Positions 27,512-36,454 of a DNA stretch of 42,908 bases are shown piece by piece. How positions within the stretch are numbered: the first letter of the stretch is position 1; each line of letters begins with the position of its first letter. The notes beneath the pieces were generated by a model. That model was not told the origin of the DNA. It saw nothing but the letters and a program-made list of their open reading frames with translations, and made no database searches. Both the position numbers and the translations under genes were made by a program. Source of the DNA: a virus (lineage: Duplodnaviria; Caudoviricetes); the IMG/VR virus record IMGVR_UViG_3300049019_000116, positions 1 to 42,908 of that record. One strand, written 5' to 3'.

Positions 27512-28987
27512 ATGCTAAACTACCTCATATTATCCAACACATCTTCCCCTATCGAAGAACCGCCACCGCCGACACCAGCCACACCGGCTGGCACATTCTT
27601 TACTTCGGAAGAGCTAGACAGATGGGTGAACCAGCTGGAAGAGGGCCGGTATGTGACCACGGGCGACACTGGCAGAAGCAATTCGCCTAATGATTGGATG
27701 CGCGATCTTTACCAGGCCAACAAGCTGAAGAATGACGGGCAGAACAATTTTAAGATTGACCGATATCCGGGACCATCCGGGACCGGCACGGTTCAGAAGA
27801 GTTTTTCCCCTTTGCCAAACTTCTATGGGAAAATGATCCAAAGCGCTGGATTTGTCGGCAGGGTATTGGAAAGGCAATCTGCCGGAACCGGCACAGCCTA
27901 CATCAATGCAGCCATTGCCGCCCTTATGGATCAGATTTCCTTGCCCAATCTCGACTTTACAGGTTCCCGCTGGGTAAATCATGTCATCCGGGATGGAAAT
28001 GGATCTTTCGAAACAACTCAATGGCTGGAAAGAATAAGAAATGCATATGACTACGTCCGTAGCTTTTGCACTACAGAACAGAAATCCGCAATTGAGGCTT
28101 GGTTGGTAAACGCTGCGATCTTCTGGAATGAAGATGTGAACTACGACATGGGGCTCATATGGTCTGACCGGCTGACGAAGACCAATCCTGACACTTATAC
28201 ACTTACGAGCTACGGAGTCGCCTTTAATCTTAATGCCACAACTGTAGACGATGATGGCGATCCATGTCGATTATACGACGGGCGATACGGGTCTAAAAAG
28301 AGCGCTGAGATTGTAAACAACAGAAGGTTTGATGTGGAATTGTTTTCAGCACGGATAGGCTGTTCAAACTATACAGCTGGTAACGTACCCTCAACGCTTT
28401 CAGGAAAAACAAAAAACGAGTTATTGAGAATATCTGCAGCTACGTTTTATAGGGAATTTATGCACTTAGGCCTTACAACCGACGGGCATCCATGGGAATA
28501 TTATCGCGGCGATAAGGACGCAGATCCTCAAAAAGCATTTCACTATGGATCTATATCCCTCCAAAGGGCCGGTCTGATCGCCGACTCTTTCCAAAGAACA
28601 GGATACGGAAACCTGTACGACTATTCAGGTGGCAAGTGTCTGTTGAAAACAGCCGTCAAGAAATTTATTTTGAACTACGATACCGGTCCTTCAGGCAACA
28701 AGCTGACTTATCGAAATGCACCGTTCAACGGCATATTCTCAGGAAGACAATATTTCTCAGACCTCTATTTCGCACCGCTCAACATCTACTGGCAGGACGA
28801 TGAAATATGGGCAAGAATCCGTCGCGCTTTGCCGAACCTTCCATCCTATACACCAACAGGCGCTGAAGTCGGAAGCAACGACGCCAAGGATGGACCAGGC
28901 GGAGCATATTGCGGCCTTCTATTCTGTTGCGACTACGACGAAGGTGTACCTAAATCAGAAAGAGTGAATCCATACATTTTAGCATAA
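27512..28987 (+). CDS. Putative polysaccharide lyase (alginate-lyase-like helical toroid)
   Basis: NAYDYVR..EQKSAIEAW, NNR in place of NNH, DGHPWEYYR..FHYG pattern; Pro-rich N-terminal linker. Confidence 0.5.
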   Translation: MLNYLILSNTSSPIEEPPPPTPATPAGTFFTSEELDRWVNQLEEGRYVTTGDTGRSNSPNDWMRDLYQANKLKNDGQNNFKIDRYPGPSGTGTVQKSFSPLPNFYGKMIQSAGFVGRVLERQSAGTGTAYINAAIAALMDQISLPNLDFTGSRWVNHVIRDGNGSFETTQWLERIRNAYDYVRSFCTTEQKSAIEAWLVNAAIFWNEDVNYDMGLIWSDRLTKTNPDTYTLTSYGVAFNLNATTVDDDGDPCRLYDGRYGSKKSAEIVNNRRFDVELFSARIGCSNYTAGNVPSTLSGKTKNELLRISAATFYREFMHLGLTTDGHPWEYYRGDKDADPQKAFHYGSISLQRAGLIADSFQRTGYGNLYDYSGGKCLLKTAVKKFILNYDTGPSGNKLTYRNAPFNGIFSGRQYFSDLYFAPLNIYWQDDEIWARIRRALPNLPSYTPTGAEVGSNDAKDGPGGAYCGLLFCCDYDEGVPKSERVNPYILA

Positions 28988-28993
28988 AATCAA

Positions 28994-29647
28994 ATGAACA
29001 TAGAAGTTTCAACATTCAAAATAGTAAAGGAATCGGGTGCAAACGGCACAATAAAGCTTTCCGGCACTGCTATACTCTTGCCCGACACAGGCGACAAGGT
29101 AGAGTTTGCAATCAGCGCGCCTGTGGCAGGCAAATATAAGATCGTGCAAAAGGTGAGACTGGGCGACAAATCCAGGAATAACAATATGGCAGGCGCCTAC
29201 ATTGTGGCAGTGGACGATAAGGTTCTAACCTACACGGTTGGAACTCCGGATGCGTTGGAAAGCAGGTTTGGAGGATCTTATTGGGGCTCGATCACCGAAG
29301 AAGTTTCTTTGACAGCTGGCGCACATAGGTTGTCTGTAGAAAGCAAAGCCTCGTACACTGGTATCGATAATCCGATCGAAATTACATTAATCGAGGCGGC
29401 AGCTCCTCCAGTTGCCGAAACAGTACTTAAGTCGGTATATGATACCCTTTCTTCCAACTATGCTTCTCTTGTCAGCAAGTACAACTCGCTGCAAACGGAA
29501 GCTGAAGGGGTACAGAAGAAGTTGAAGACGGTCACTGACAACTACGCTGTCTTGAAGGCATGCTTGTCGGTGGATGAGGCTTCGGCTCTGGATAAGCTCA
29601 CCAAGATACTTCAATCGATCAAGGCCATTGATTCCATAATTCAGTAA
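28994..29647 (+). CDS. CBM-like jelly-roll domain with a C-terminal coiled coil
   Basis: GDKVEF..VAGKYKI, VSLTAGAHRLSV, IDNPIEI; heptad-repeat tail. Confidence 0.55.
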   Translation: MNIEVSTFKIVKESGANGTIKLSGTAILLPDTGDKVEFAISAPVAGKYKIVQKVRLGDKSRNNNMAGAYIVAVDDKVLTYTVGTPDALESRFGGSYWGSITEEVSLTAGAHRLSVESKASYTGIDNPIEITLIEAAAPPVAETVLKSVYDTLSSNYASLVSKYNSLQTEAEGVQKKLKTVTDNYAVLKACLSVDEASALDKLTKILQSIKAIDSIIQ

Positions 29648-29686
29648 TTGTTTTTTTCATTCTTGTTTTGGATTGACTAAATGAAA

Positions 29687-29712
29687 GAGCCCTCTTTGTA
29701 AGAGGGTTTTTT
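29687..29712 (+). terminator. Intrinsic terminator
   Basis: ccctctt-tgt-aagaggg followed by T6. Confidence 0.8.
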
Positions 29713-29716
29713 GTTC

Positions 29717-29794
29717 CTGATAGCTGACGCCTGATAGCTGATGCCTCCTGAAAACCCTGTCCTTTTTTTAGCATCACTCATTCATTTGCTTTAC
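29717..29794 (+). promoter_or_regulatory. Heptamer repeats plus putative late promoter motif AAAACCCTGTCCTTTTTTT (copy 1)
   Basis: Motif at 29751-29769, directly upstream of the head operon. Confidence 0.7.
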
Positions 29795-29821
29795 ACTGAC
29801 TAAACCGGTGTGATAGCACAA

Positions 29822-31144
29822 ATGAAGAAAAATTTTCTTTTAATCTCTCAAATTTTAAGATCTCCATGGTTGATTGAAAAATCTGCCGCTGAAGGTCTTT
29901 TACCTATTGCCATAAATTTTATGGAGGGCAAAGAGATTTCTTCCTTTTTACAGAAAAATGACGAAGACGACGAGGTAGAAGAATTTGTAGCTGTTTCATT
30001 CGATGCGTCAACCAAACAAATAACCGCGGGTTATTCATCATTTGATGATGCGCCGGCGGGTTCTATTGCAGTGATTAGGGTGAAAGGAGCCCTCATGAAG
30101 GATGACTATTGCGGTTCCGCTGGCACGGCCACCATGGCAAAGCAGCTAAAAGAGGCTGATGGACACCGTAATATCAATGGTTCTATTCTTTGGGTTGAAT
30201 CACCAGGAGGCGCCGTTCACGGTACCGAAGATTTTTCGCAGGTTGTTCAGGGAGCAAAGAAACCAATCGTCACATATGTAGACGGATTGATGGCTTCTGC
30301 GGCTTACTGGATCGGATCTTCAGCAAAGGAGATTATCGCCAGCGGGAAAACGGCCAGGATCGGAAGCATAGGAACAATGATATCCATGAGAAAACCTTAT
30401 GGTGAAATCATTGAGATTTATGCCGATGATTCAAAGGACAAAAATAAGGCATACATAGAGGCTTTGAATGGGAATCCAACCCCAATAAAAGAGGAAATGC
30501 TTAATCCTCTTAATGATATTTTCCTTGCATCAGTAAAGCAAAACAGAGGTGCAAAACTGGATCTTGACAAAGAAAATGTATTGACAGGTAAAGTATACCT
30601 GGCCGAAGATGCCGTCAAATACGGCCTTATCGATGCGATCGGAACATTTGAATATGCAGTGGAGCGCGTCACTGAATTAGCAAAGACTAACCAATCATTT
30701 AATTATAACTATAACTATTCATCAATGAAATTCAAAGCATCATGGGCGGCGCTCCTGGCCTTAGTAGGTTTTACAGCATCCGCAAGCGAAAAGGATCTTC
30801 CTGCAGTGAGCGAAGAACACTTTGAAAAATTTAATGCAGAAGTAGCAGCATTGCAGGCAGCAAAGGCGGCATTGGAGGCAGAAAACGCAAGGCTGACAGC
30901 TGAGCACAAAATTGCCTGTGACGCAGCAACAGACATGAACGTTCATGTCACCGATCTTTCAGCCCAGGTCACGGCACTTACAGCCGAAAGGGACGATTGG
31001 AAGCTAAAAGCAGAGACTTACGGCGCTCAGCCTGGTGCATTATCGACCAATCCTAAAAAGGAAAAGGATGAGATTGAGCCAGCTGTTTCGTGGGTTGACC
31101 CTAATGCAGAGCACAATAAGACCTTGCAGTCTATAGGAAAATAA
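29822..31144 (+). CDS. S49 prohead protease fused to a coiled-coil scaffold
   Basis: ESPGG, GLMASAAYWIGS, IGSIG, GLIDAIG; Ala-rich coiled-coil C-terminus. Confidence 0.88.
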   Translation: MKKNFLLISQILRSPWLIEKSAAEGLLPIAINFMEGKEISSFLQKNDEDDEVEEFVAVSFDASTKQITAGYSSFDDAPAGSIAVIRVKGALMKDDYCGSAGTATMAKQLKEADGHRNINGSILWVESPGGAVHGTEDFSQVVQGAKKPIVTYVDGLMASAAYWIGSSAKEIIASGKTARIGSIGTMISMRKPYGEIIEIYADDSKDKNKAYIEALNGNPTPIKEEMLNPLNDIFLASVKQNRGAKLDLDKENVLTGKVYLAEDAVKYGLIDAIGTFEYAVERVTELAKTNQSFNYNYNYSSMKFKASWAALLALVGFTASASEKDLPAVSEEHFEKFNAEVAALQAAKAALEAENARLTAEHKIACDAATDMNVHVTDLSAQVTALTAERDDWKLKAETYGAQPGALSTNPKKEKDEIEPAVSWVDPNAEHNKTLQSIGK

Positions 31145-31202
31145 TTATCAACGTCCTTCAACCAATTTTTAACCAATAACACTTAAAACTTAATAATCAG
31201 CA

Positions 31203-32177
31203 ATGGCACTAAACATTGATCAGGTACAAACCGAACTGGGCGCATATTTCAGAGCGAACAATAAGGCAATAATGCCAGCGATCTACGGCGATGAGGTTCA
31301 ATTGAACAAGTATTGCAAGTCGATCACAAAAATTAAAGGGAAGTTCCCTGCATTTCACAGCGTGACAGGTCACGTGATTCAAGGTTTCAAAAATGTATGG
31401 AACGAGCTTGGAAGTACCTTGATAAAGGTAAATGAGCTCACCGCTTATCATCAAAAAATCAACTTTCCTATTGTGCCTTCAGACATTGAGCACAGCTGGT
31501 TGGCTGAGATGAATGAGGAGGATAAGAGCCTGGAAGATAAATCTATCAGCAAGTATATTGTTGAGCAAGAATTGAAGCCTGCCATCACTCAGGATCTTAA
31601 TGATCTTTCGATCAATGGTGTGTATGATGCAAACGACCTTGAGACTTACGGAAAGTCTATGAATGGTTTGAGTGCAGTGTTGACAGCCGGAAAAGCAAAC
31701 GTTGACAATCCAATGTATAAGATTCAGCTGGCGGCGCTTACTGATTCTAACATCGTTGACCAGGTAACAAAGTTTGAGAGAGCTATTCCTAAAAAAATGG
31801 CTAAGTATATCAAAATTATCTTCATGAGCACCGCAAACGCTGAAAGATATGCATTGAACTATGAAGACAAGTACGGTGCAAATACTTTGATAAAAGATGG
31901 CGACATGTTCAAAACCAGACTTGGTAAAAGGACAATTGTAGGATTGGACAATCTTAATGATGATACAATCTTCTCAACTCCTGACGGCAACATGCTGAAG
32001 TTGACAGATATCTTCGACTTCCCGCAAGTTACAGACATCCAAAAAGCAGACTACAAACTGAAAATCTTTATGGAGTTCTGGTTGGGATACGGTTTCTGGG
32101 TGAATCAATGGGTGTTTGTTTCTACAACTTCCGCTGGTTCTGGTTTGGGCGCGCAAAACTCAACTTACTACTCTTAG
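31203..32177 (+). CDS. Major capsid protein
   Basis: 324 aa directly after the protease/scaffold; SMNGL and IFMS motifs; HK97-like layout. Confidence 0.75.
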   Translation: MALNIDQVQTELGAYFRANNKAIMPAIYGDEVQLNKYCKSITKIKGKFPAFHSVTGHVIQGFKNVWNELGSTLIKVNELTAYHQKINFPIVPSDIEHSWLAEMNEEDKSLEDKSISKYIVEQELKPAITQDLNDLSINGVYDANDLETYGKSMNGLSAVLTAGKANVDNPMYKIQLAALTDSNIVDQVTKFERAIPKKMAKYIKIIFMSTANAERYALNYEDKYGANTLIKDGDMFKTRLGKRTIVGLDNLNDDTIFSTPDGNMLKLTDIFDFPQVTDIQKADYKLKIFMEFWLGYGFWVNQWVFVSTTSAGSGLGAQNSTYYS

Positions 32178-32183
32178 TAGCTG

Positions 32184-32471
32184 ATGCCACTGATATTAAC
32201 CTTAACTGAAAAAGTAAACGCTGGTCTTTGGAAGGCCAGCGGTACTTTCATCGGGAAAACACACGGACATAAGGACGTGAATTTCCCAGCCGAAGCATTG
32301 GTACGCGAAACACCTGAGGGATTGATACTGCACCTGGATAGCTCAATAGCTCCAAGCAAGATCAACGACAAAGGCATTGTAGCATACCACGATGTGGATC
32401 CGGTGTCAGTTGAGGCCAAAAAAGGGGCTAAAGTAACCTTTAAATATTTTCACACAACTATAGAAAAATAA
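32184..32471 (+). CDS. Small structural or hypothetical protein
   Basis: Between the capsid and tail tube genes. Confidence 0.5.
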   Translation: MPLILTLTEKVNAGLWKASGTFIGKTHGHKDVNFPAEALVRETPEGLILHLDSSIAPSKINDKGIVAYHDVDPVSVEAKKGAKVTFKYFHTTIEK

Positions 32472-32474
32472 GAA

Positions 32475-33083
32475 ATGGCAATAAATGTTGTTGACCTAGA
32501 CCACGAAGACGGCAGTGATAATACCGCCGGTATTCAGCAGTATATATATGCGGCCCCACTGGCATGGATTGAAGACCTGCCAAAACCAGTTGTTGATGAT
32601 TCAACAGGAACTGGTGAGTTTGCAGATCTTGTGACCATCACCCAAAACATTGTGATGAAAGCTGGTAAATCCTTCAAAAAGATTTACGTGACGCTTGAGG
32701 CCGGCGAATTGAAGTCTGAGCTACAAGGTGAGATGGACGGTAAATCCTTCCTCAATTCAGTTGAGTTCTTCATGCCTGGGAGCAAGGCAGAGGTAGAAGG
32801 ATTCAGACAGTGGGCAAAGAACAGTTCTTTGATCTTCCTGGTACCGGAAGTAGACGGGCAAGTAAGATTGCTAGGACACGCCGGATACCCTGCAAAAATG
32901 ATTACCAACCCTGGTACTACCGGCAAAGAATCGTCCAGCAGAAAGGGAAGTACATTCACTTTCCAATCAGCAAGAAAGGGACCTTGCCCGATATTCAAAG
33001 GCCAGGTGGATTTAACTGGTAGTTCACCATATGGAACAGGAGAGTCCAACGACTTCCAGGATATAGAAATATTAGTAGGATAA
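32475..33083 (+). CDS. Major tail tube protein
   Basis: 202 aa beta-rich; SELQGEMDGKSF and TTGKESSSRKG motifs. Confidence 0.65.
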   Translation: MAINVVDLDHEDGSDNTAGIQQYIYAAPLAWIEDLPKPVVDDSTGTGEFADLVTITQNIVMKAGKSFKKIYVTLEAGELKSELQGEMDGKSFLNSVEFFMPGSKAEVEGFRQWAKNSSLIFLVPEVDGQVRLLGHAGYPAKMITNPGTTGKESSSRKGSTFTFQSARKGPCPIFKGQVDLTGSSPYGTGESNDFQDIEILVG

Positions 33084-33126
33084 AGAATACCTTCATTTAG
33101 CTTATAAAAGGGTTATATAATTAATG

Positions 33127-33159
33127 AAAAAAGCCACCTATTTGGTGGCTTCTTTTTTT
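33127..33159. terminator. Bidirectional terminator
   Basis: aagccacc-tattt-ggtggctt flanked by A and T runs, between convergent genes. Confidence 0.85.
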
Positions 33160-33178
33160 GGGTATATGTGTAAAGTAA

Positions 33179-33394
33179 TTAGTTGGCAGATCTACAATCT
33201 ATAGTGAATAAAATATTCCCAGAATAAAAGCTGCGTACACGATATTTTGCATTTTCATCTTCTGATAATTTTTTGGCTATGTCTTTGGCTCTTTGTTCTG
33301 ATGAATCAGATATCTTCACGTCCCATGTTTCAAATGTATTGAGATAATGGTAGGCAAATCCTGACATAATAAATTTTTCTACTAAGTATTCCAT
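33179..33394 (-). CDS. Hypothetical moron-like protein
   Basis: AT-rich; TAATG-coupled to the upstream gene. Confidence 0.5.
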   Translation of the reverse strand: MEYLVEKFIMSGFAYHYLNTFETWDVKISDSSEQRAKDIAKKLSEDENAKYRVRSFYSGNILFTIDCRSAN

Positions 33395-33717
33395 TATCCG
33401 AGTGTTACTTTTATTTTGCCTTCCTCAAAAAACGTGTTCACGTCATCGTCCCATTTGCAAATCAGTATCTCGGAGGGTAGTCCCCAGTCATAGTATAAAG
33501 TACTTTTTGACCCTAATTTAGTTATTGTCATTCGTTTCATAGTTTCATTATTGTATTGTAATCCTTTCGCTTCTATTGCCAGTATTATCTGAGCTTTTCT
33601 CTGCATTTGAAGATCAAAAATAATGGAGATAGTGATTTCTCTCATAAAGCTATCAGCCTCTTCTAGTTTTTCTTTTAACTCCGTATTTGCAGCCGCTATA
33701 AAAGTCATTTTTTTCAT
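33394..33717 (-). CDS. Hypothetical moron-like protein
   Basis: ATG 33717 (MKKMTF); opposite strand to the late genes. Confidence 0.55.
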   Translation of the reverse strand: MKKMTFIAAANTELKEKLEEADSFMREITISIIFDLQMQRKAQIILAIEAKGLQYNNETMKRMTITKLGSKSTLYYDWGLPSEILICKWDDDVNTFFEEGKIKVTLG

Positions 33718-33753
33718 ACTTCGAATATACCAATAACCTAACAAATTGCCACA

Positions 33754-33835
33754 CCTGATACCTGAAACCTGATCCCTGACACCTATTCAAAACCCTGTCC
33801 TTTTTTTGGCAATTGCCGGTGCACAAATTTGTGCA
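33754..33835 (+). promoter_or_regulatory. Heptamer repeats plus putative late promoter motif (copy 2) and two palindromes
   Basis: cctgata cctgaaa cctgatc cctgaca; motif 33789-33807; ggcaattgcc; tgcacaaatttgtgca. Confidence 0.7.
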
Positions 33836-34158
33836 TGGCTAAAAAGAAAACCCTTAAATTCTTCCGGAAGCTGGCAAATCAGATGCCGAAGGAATTTATC
33901 AACTCAACTTACTTCTCTTCAATAAGCGGTGCAGACCTTATACTATCCGGTCAAAAGCTGGTAGATGGACAGCCAATCAACCCGAAAGGCAATTACCGAA
34001 TGAAAATGCCATCCACGGTACAGGTAAACCACGAAAGCCGGTTGAAGACAGCATTTAGCAAGGGAGGCGTTGAGGAAGTTTTCAAATACTGCGCGAGGCT
34101 CTTGAAGCCAGAGAGCCACGAAGTTTTTAAGCAGGTACTTAAAAGGGAGTTGGCATAA
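33835..34158 (+). CDS. Basic hypothetical protein
   Basis: ATG 33835; TAATG-coupled to the glycosyltransferase. Confidence 0.6.
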   Translation: MAKKKTLKFFRKLANQMPKEFINSTYFSSISGADLILSGQKLVDGQPINPKGNYRMKMPSTVQVNHESRLKTAFSKGGVEEVFKYCARLLKPESHEVFKQVLKRELA

Positions 34159-36383
34159 TGTTTACTTTCTCGAACCTCAACAAATACGGGCGGCTGGGCA
34201 ATCAGCTTTTCCAGATTGCCGCCACGATAGCACTGGCCAGAAAGCACGGCGTAGACTATTGCTTTCCAAAATGGCCTTATGCAGAATACTTCGACAGTGC
34301 CATCCCCCAGGCGGATGAAATGAAGCCATCGGTCAATTTTTATGAACCGCAACATCACTATGCTGATTATATATTGGATACTGGAAAAGATGTGGACATC
34401 CACGGCTATTTCCAAAGTGAAAAGTTTTGGGATGTTCATCCTTTCGTTTTTAAAGAGGAGTTTAAAAGAAGCGTTTCCGAAAAGAAATATTCCCTGGCGA
34501 ATACATGCGCTGTACATGTTAGAAGGGGTGATTATATCCAAAATCCTAATTATATTAATCTTCCTCTTGATTATTACTATTCTGCCTTAAGTACCTTAAA
34601 TCACGATCAACCAATTCTGGTATTTTCCGATGATATAGAATGGTGCAAGGAGAATTTCAAACCAGGGCGCCAGGTTTCCTTTTCAGAAGGCAACTCAGAT
34701 ATTGAAGACCTCTGCCTGATGTCTTGTTGCCGGGACTTCATTATATCAAACTCAACCTTTGCCTGGTGGGGTGCCTATTTGGGTTCGTCAGAAGCTAAAA
34801 TTGTAATAGCGCCTGACAAGTGGTATGCCGGTAAACTCGCCACCACTCATTCCGAAAAGGACGTGGTGCCATCTTCGTGGGTAAAGTTTCCATCAGTTTA
34901 TATAAAGAAAATCGACCTGTCAGATGTCACTTTTACGATTCCCGTAAAATATGACCATCAGCACAGGATTGAGAATTTGGATCTTACAGTACAGTTTCTT
35001 CAGAAGTATTTCGATACAAACATCATCGTGATGGAAATGGATAGCACGCCGCGTTTCGAATCATTTGCAAAGCGGGTGGATTATGTTTTTGAGCAGAATC
35101 CTTCCAACAAATTCGAGCGCACAAGGATGCTGAATAAAATGGCAGTGAGAGCCAAAACGCCAATTGTAGCGAACTGGGATGCAGATATACTGATCCAACC
35201 AGAACAGATCCTGAAGGCAGTTGAGGCCATTAGGGACAAAAAGGCTGTAGGTGTTTATCCTTACGATGGAAGGTTCTTCAGGGTCGGAAGGTCGATGTTT
35301 AATGTCGTTGCAATCGACAAATCACTAAATAGTGTCGAAAATTTAGATTTTCCTCGGCATATGCACGAACAAGTAAGTGTAGGCGGCGCGATCTTTTGGG
35401 ATAAGGAATCTTTCATCGAAGGCGGTATGGAAAATCAATACATGATTTCATACGGACCGGAAGACTATGAGAGATATGAGCGATTCAAAAAGCTTGGTTT
35501 CAAGCTCGCAAGGATCAAAGGCCCATTATACCACATGGATCACCATATAGGGCCTGACAGCTCAGACAAGCACAGCGATTTCAAGAACAATGAAAAAGAA
35601 TATCTGAAAGTAAAATCGATGTCTCAGGAAGAATTGAAACAATATATTTCTACCTGGCACTGGGCAAATCTTATAAAGGGATGTAAGTCGGGGGGCAATA
35701 AGGAATCAATAGGAGTTACCAATGTAACCCATCCCCTCCTTTCCCTAAATTTTGATAAAGTATTCCTCGTAAACCTAGACAGAAGGCCGGAACGCCTGCG
35801 GCATGCGCTCCATGAATTGTCCCTAGCCGGCATTCATGGAGCTGAGCGAGTAAGCGCAGTAGATGGGCAGGCGTATGAATTGTACATTGAAGGTAAACCC
35901 CAGCTTACGCCTGGAATGATAGGTTGTTACCAATCTCATTACAGACTGATCACAGAAGCATACCGAAATGGGTACGAGTCTATTTGTGTTTTTGAAGACG
36001 ATGTCACCTTTTCGCCTGGGTTCACCAGATACATGGAAAAGGCCATCAAACAGCTTCCTGCAGACTGGCAATTTGTATACCTGGGCTGCAACGAGCACGA
36101 CGGGTTTGGAACCCACAAAAAGCAAATCAATAAATACTGGGTGGTGCCCAACTATGTTTGGGGTACACAGGGATTCATGATCAGGACGAAGGAAGCTTTC
36201 AGGATCCTTCATAAACAATTGGCAAAACAGGAAATGCAGATTGATGAGCAGCTCGCCAACATCATATTCCCAACCAATCAATTGAAAGTATATGCTTTGT
36301 TTCCCACCAACCTGGTAAGCCAGGTAAGGCCAGATGGTACGATGTGGGAGAGTGATGTTCAGGAAGGAAAATTAATTGTATGA
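34158..36383 (+). CDS. Triple-domain glycosyltransferase: GT11 (alpha-1,2-fucosyltransferase-like) + GT2/GT7-like + GT25
   Basis: GRLGNQLFQ, HVRRGDY, NSTFAWWGAYL; WDAD, GGAIFW, YGPEDYE; VNLDRRPERL, GCYQSH, VFEDD. Confidence 0.88.
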   Translation: MFTFSNLNKYGRLGNQLFQIAATIALARKHGVDYCFPKWPYAEYFDSAIPQADEMKPSVNFYEPQHHYADYILDTGKDVDIHGYFQSEKFWDVHPFVFKEEFKRSVSEKKYSLANTCAVHVRRGDYIQNPNYINLPLDYYYSALSTLNHDQPILVFSDDIEWCKENFKPGRQVSFSEGNSDIEDLCLMSCCRDFIISNSTFAWWGAYLGSSEAKIVIAPDKWYAGKLATTHSEKDVVPSSWVKFPSVYIKKIDLSDVTFTIPVKYDHQHRIENLDLTVQFLQKYFDTNIIVMEMDSTPRFESFAKRVDYVFEQNPSNKFERTRMLNKMAVRAKTPIVANWDADILIQPEQILKAVEAIRDKKAVGVYPYDGRFFRVGRSMFNVVAIDKSLNSVENLDFPRHMHEQVSVGGAIFWDKESFIEGGMENQYMISYGPEDYERYERFKKLGFKLARIKGPLYHMDHHIGPDSSDKHSDFKNNEKEYLKVKSMSQEELKQYISTWHWANLIKGCKSGGNKESIGVTNVTHPLLSLNFDKVFLVNLDRRPERLRHALHELSLAGIHGAERVSAVDGQAYELYIEGKPQLTPGMIGCYQSHYRLITEAYRNGYESICVFEDDVTFSPGFTRYMEKAIKQLPADWQFVYLGCNEHDGFGTHKKQINKYWVVPNYVWGTQGFMIRTKEAFRILHKQLAKQEMQIDEQLANIIFPTNQLKVYALFPTNLVSQVRPDGTMWESDVQEGKLIV

Positions 36384-36454
36384 TATATCTGGAATCAGAA
36401 GTAGGATTTAAAGTAATGTCCCAGAAATACGGAATGGGCACGAATTAAAAGAAA

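Noticed and set aside
23301-29647. Diversity-generating retroelement or invertible fibre cassette
   Set aside because: No reverse transcriptase or invertase, and I saw no template/variable repeat pair by eye
36380-36448. 22-codon ORF between the GT and the methyltransferase
   Set aside because: It has an ATGA overlap but is too short to support; possibly a remnant or coupling peptide
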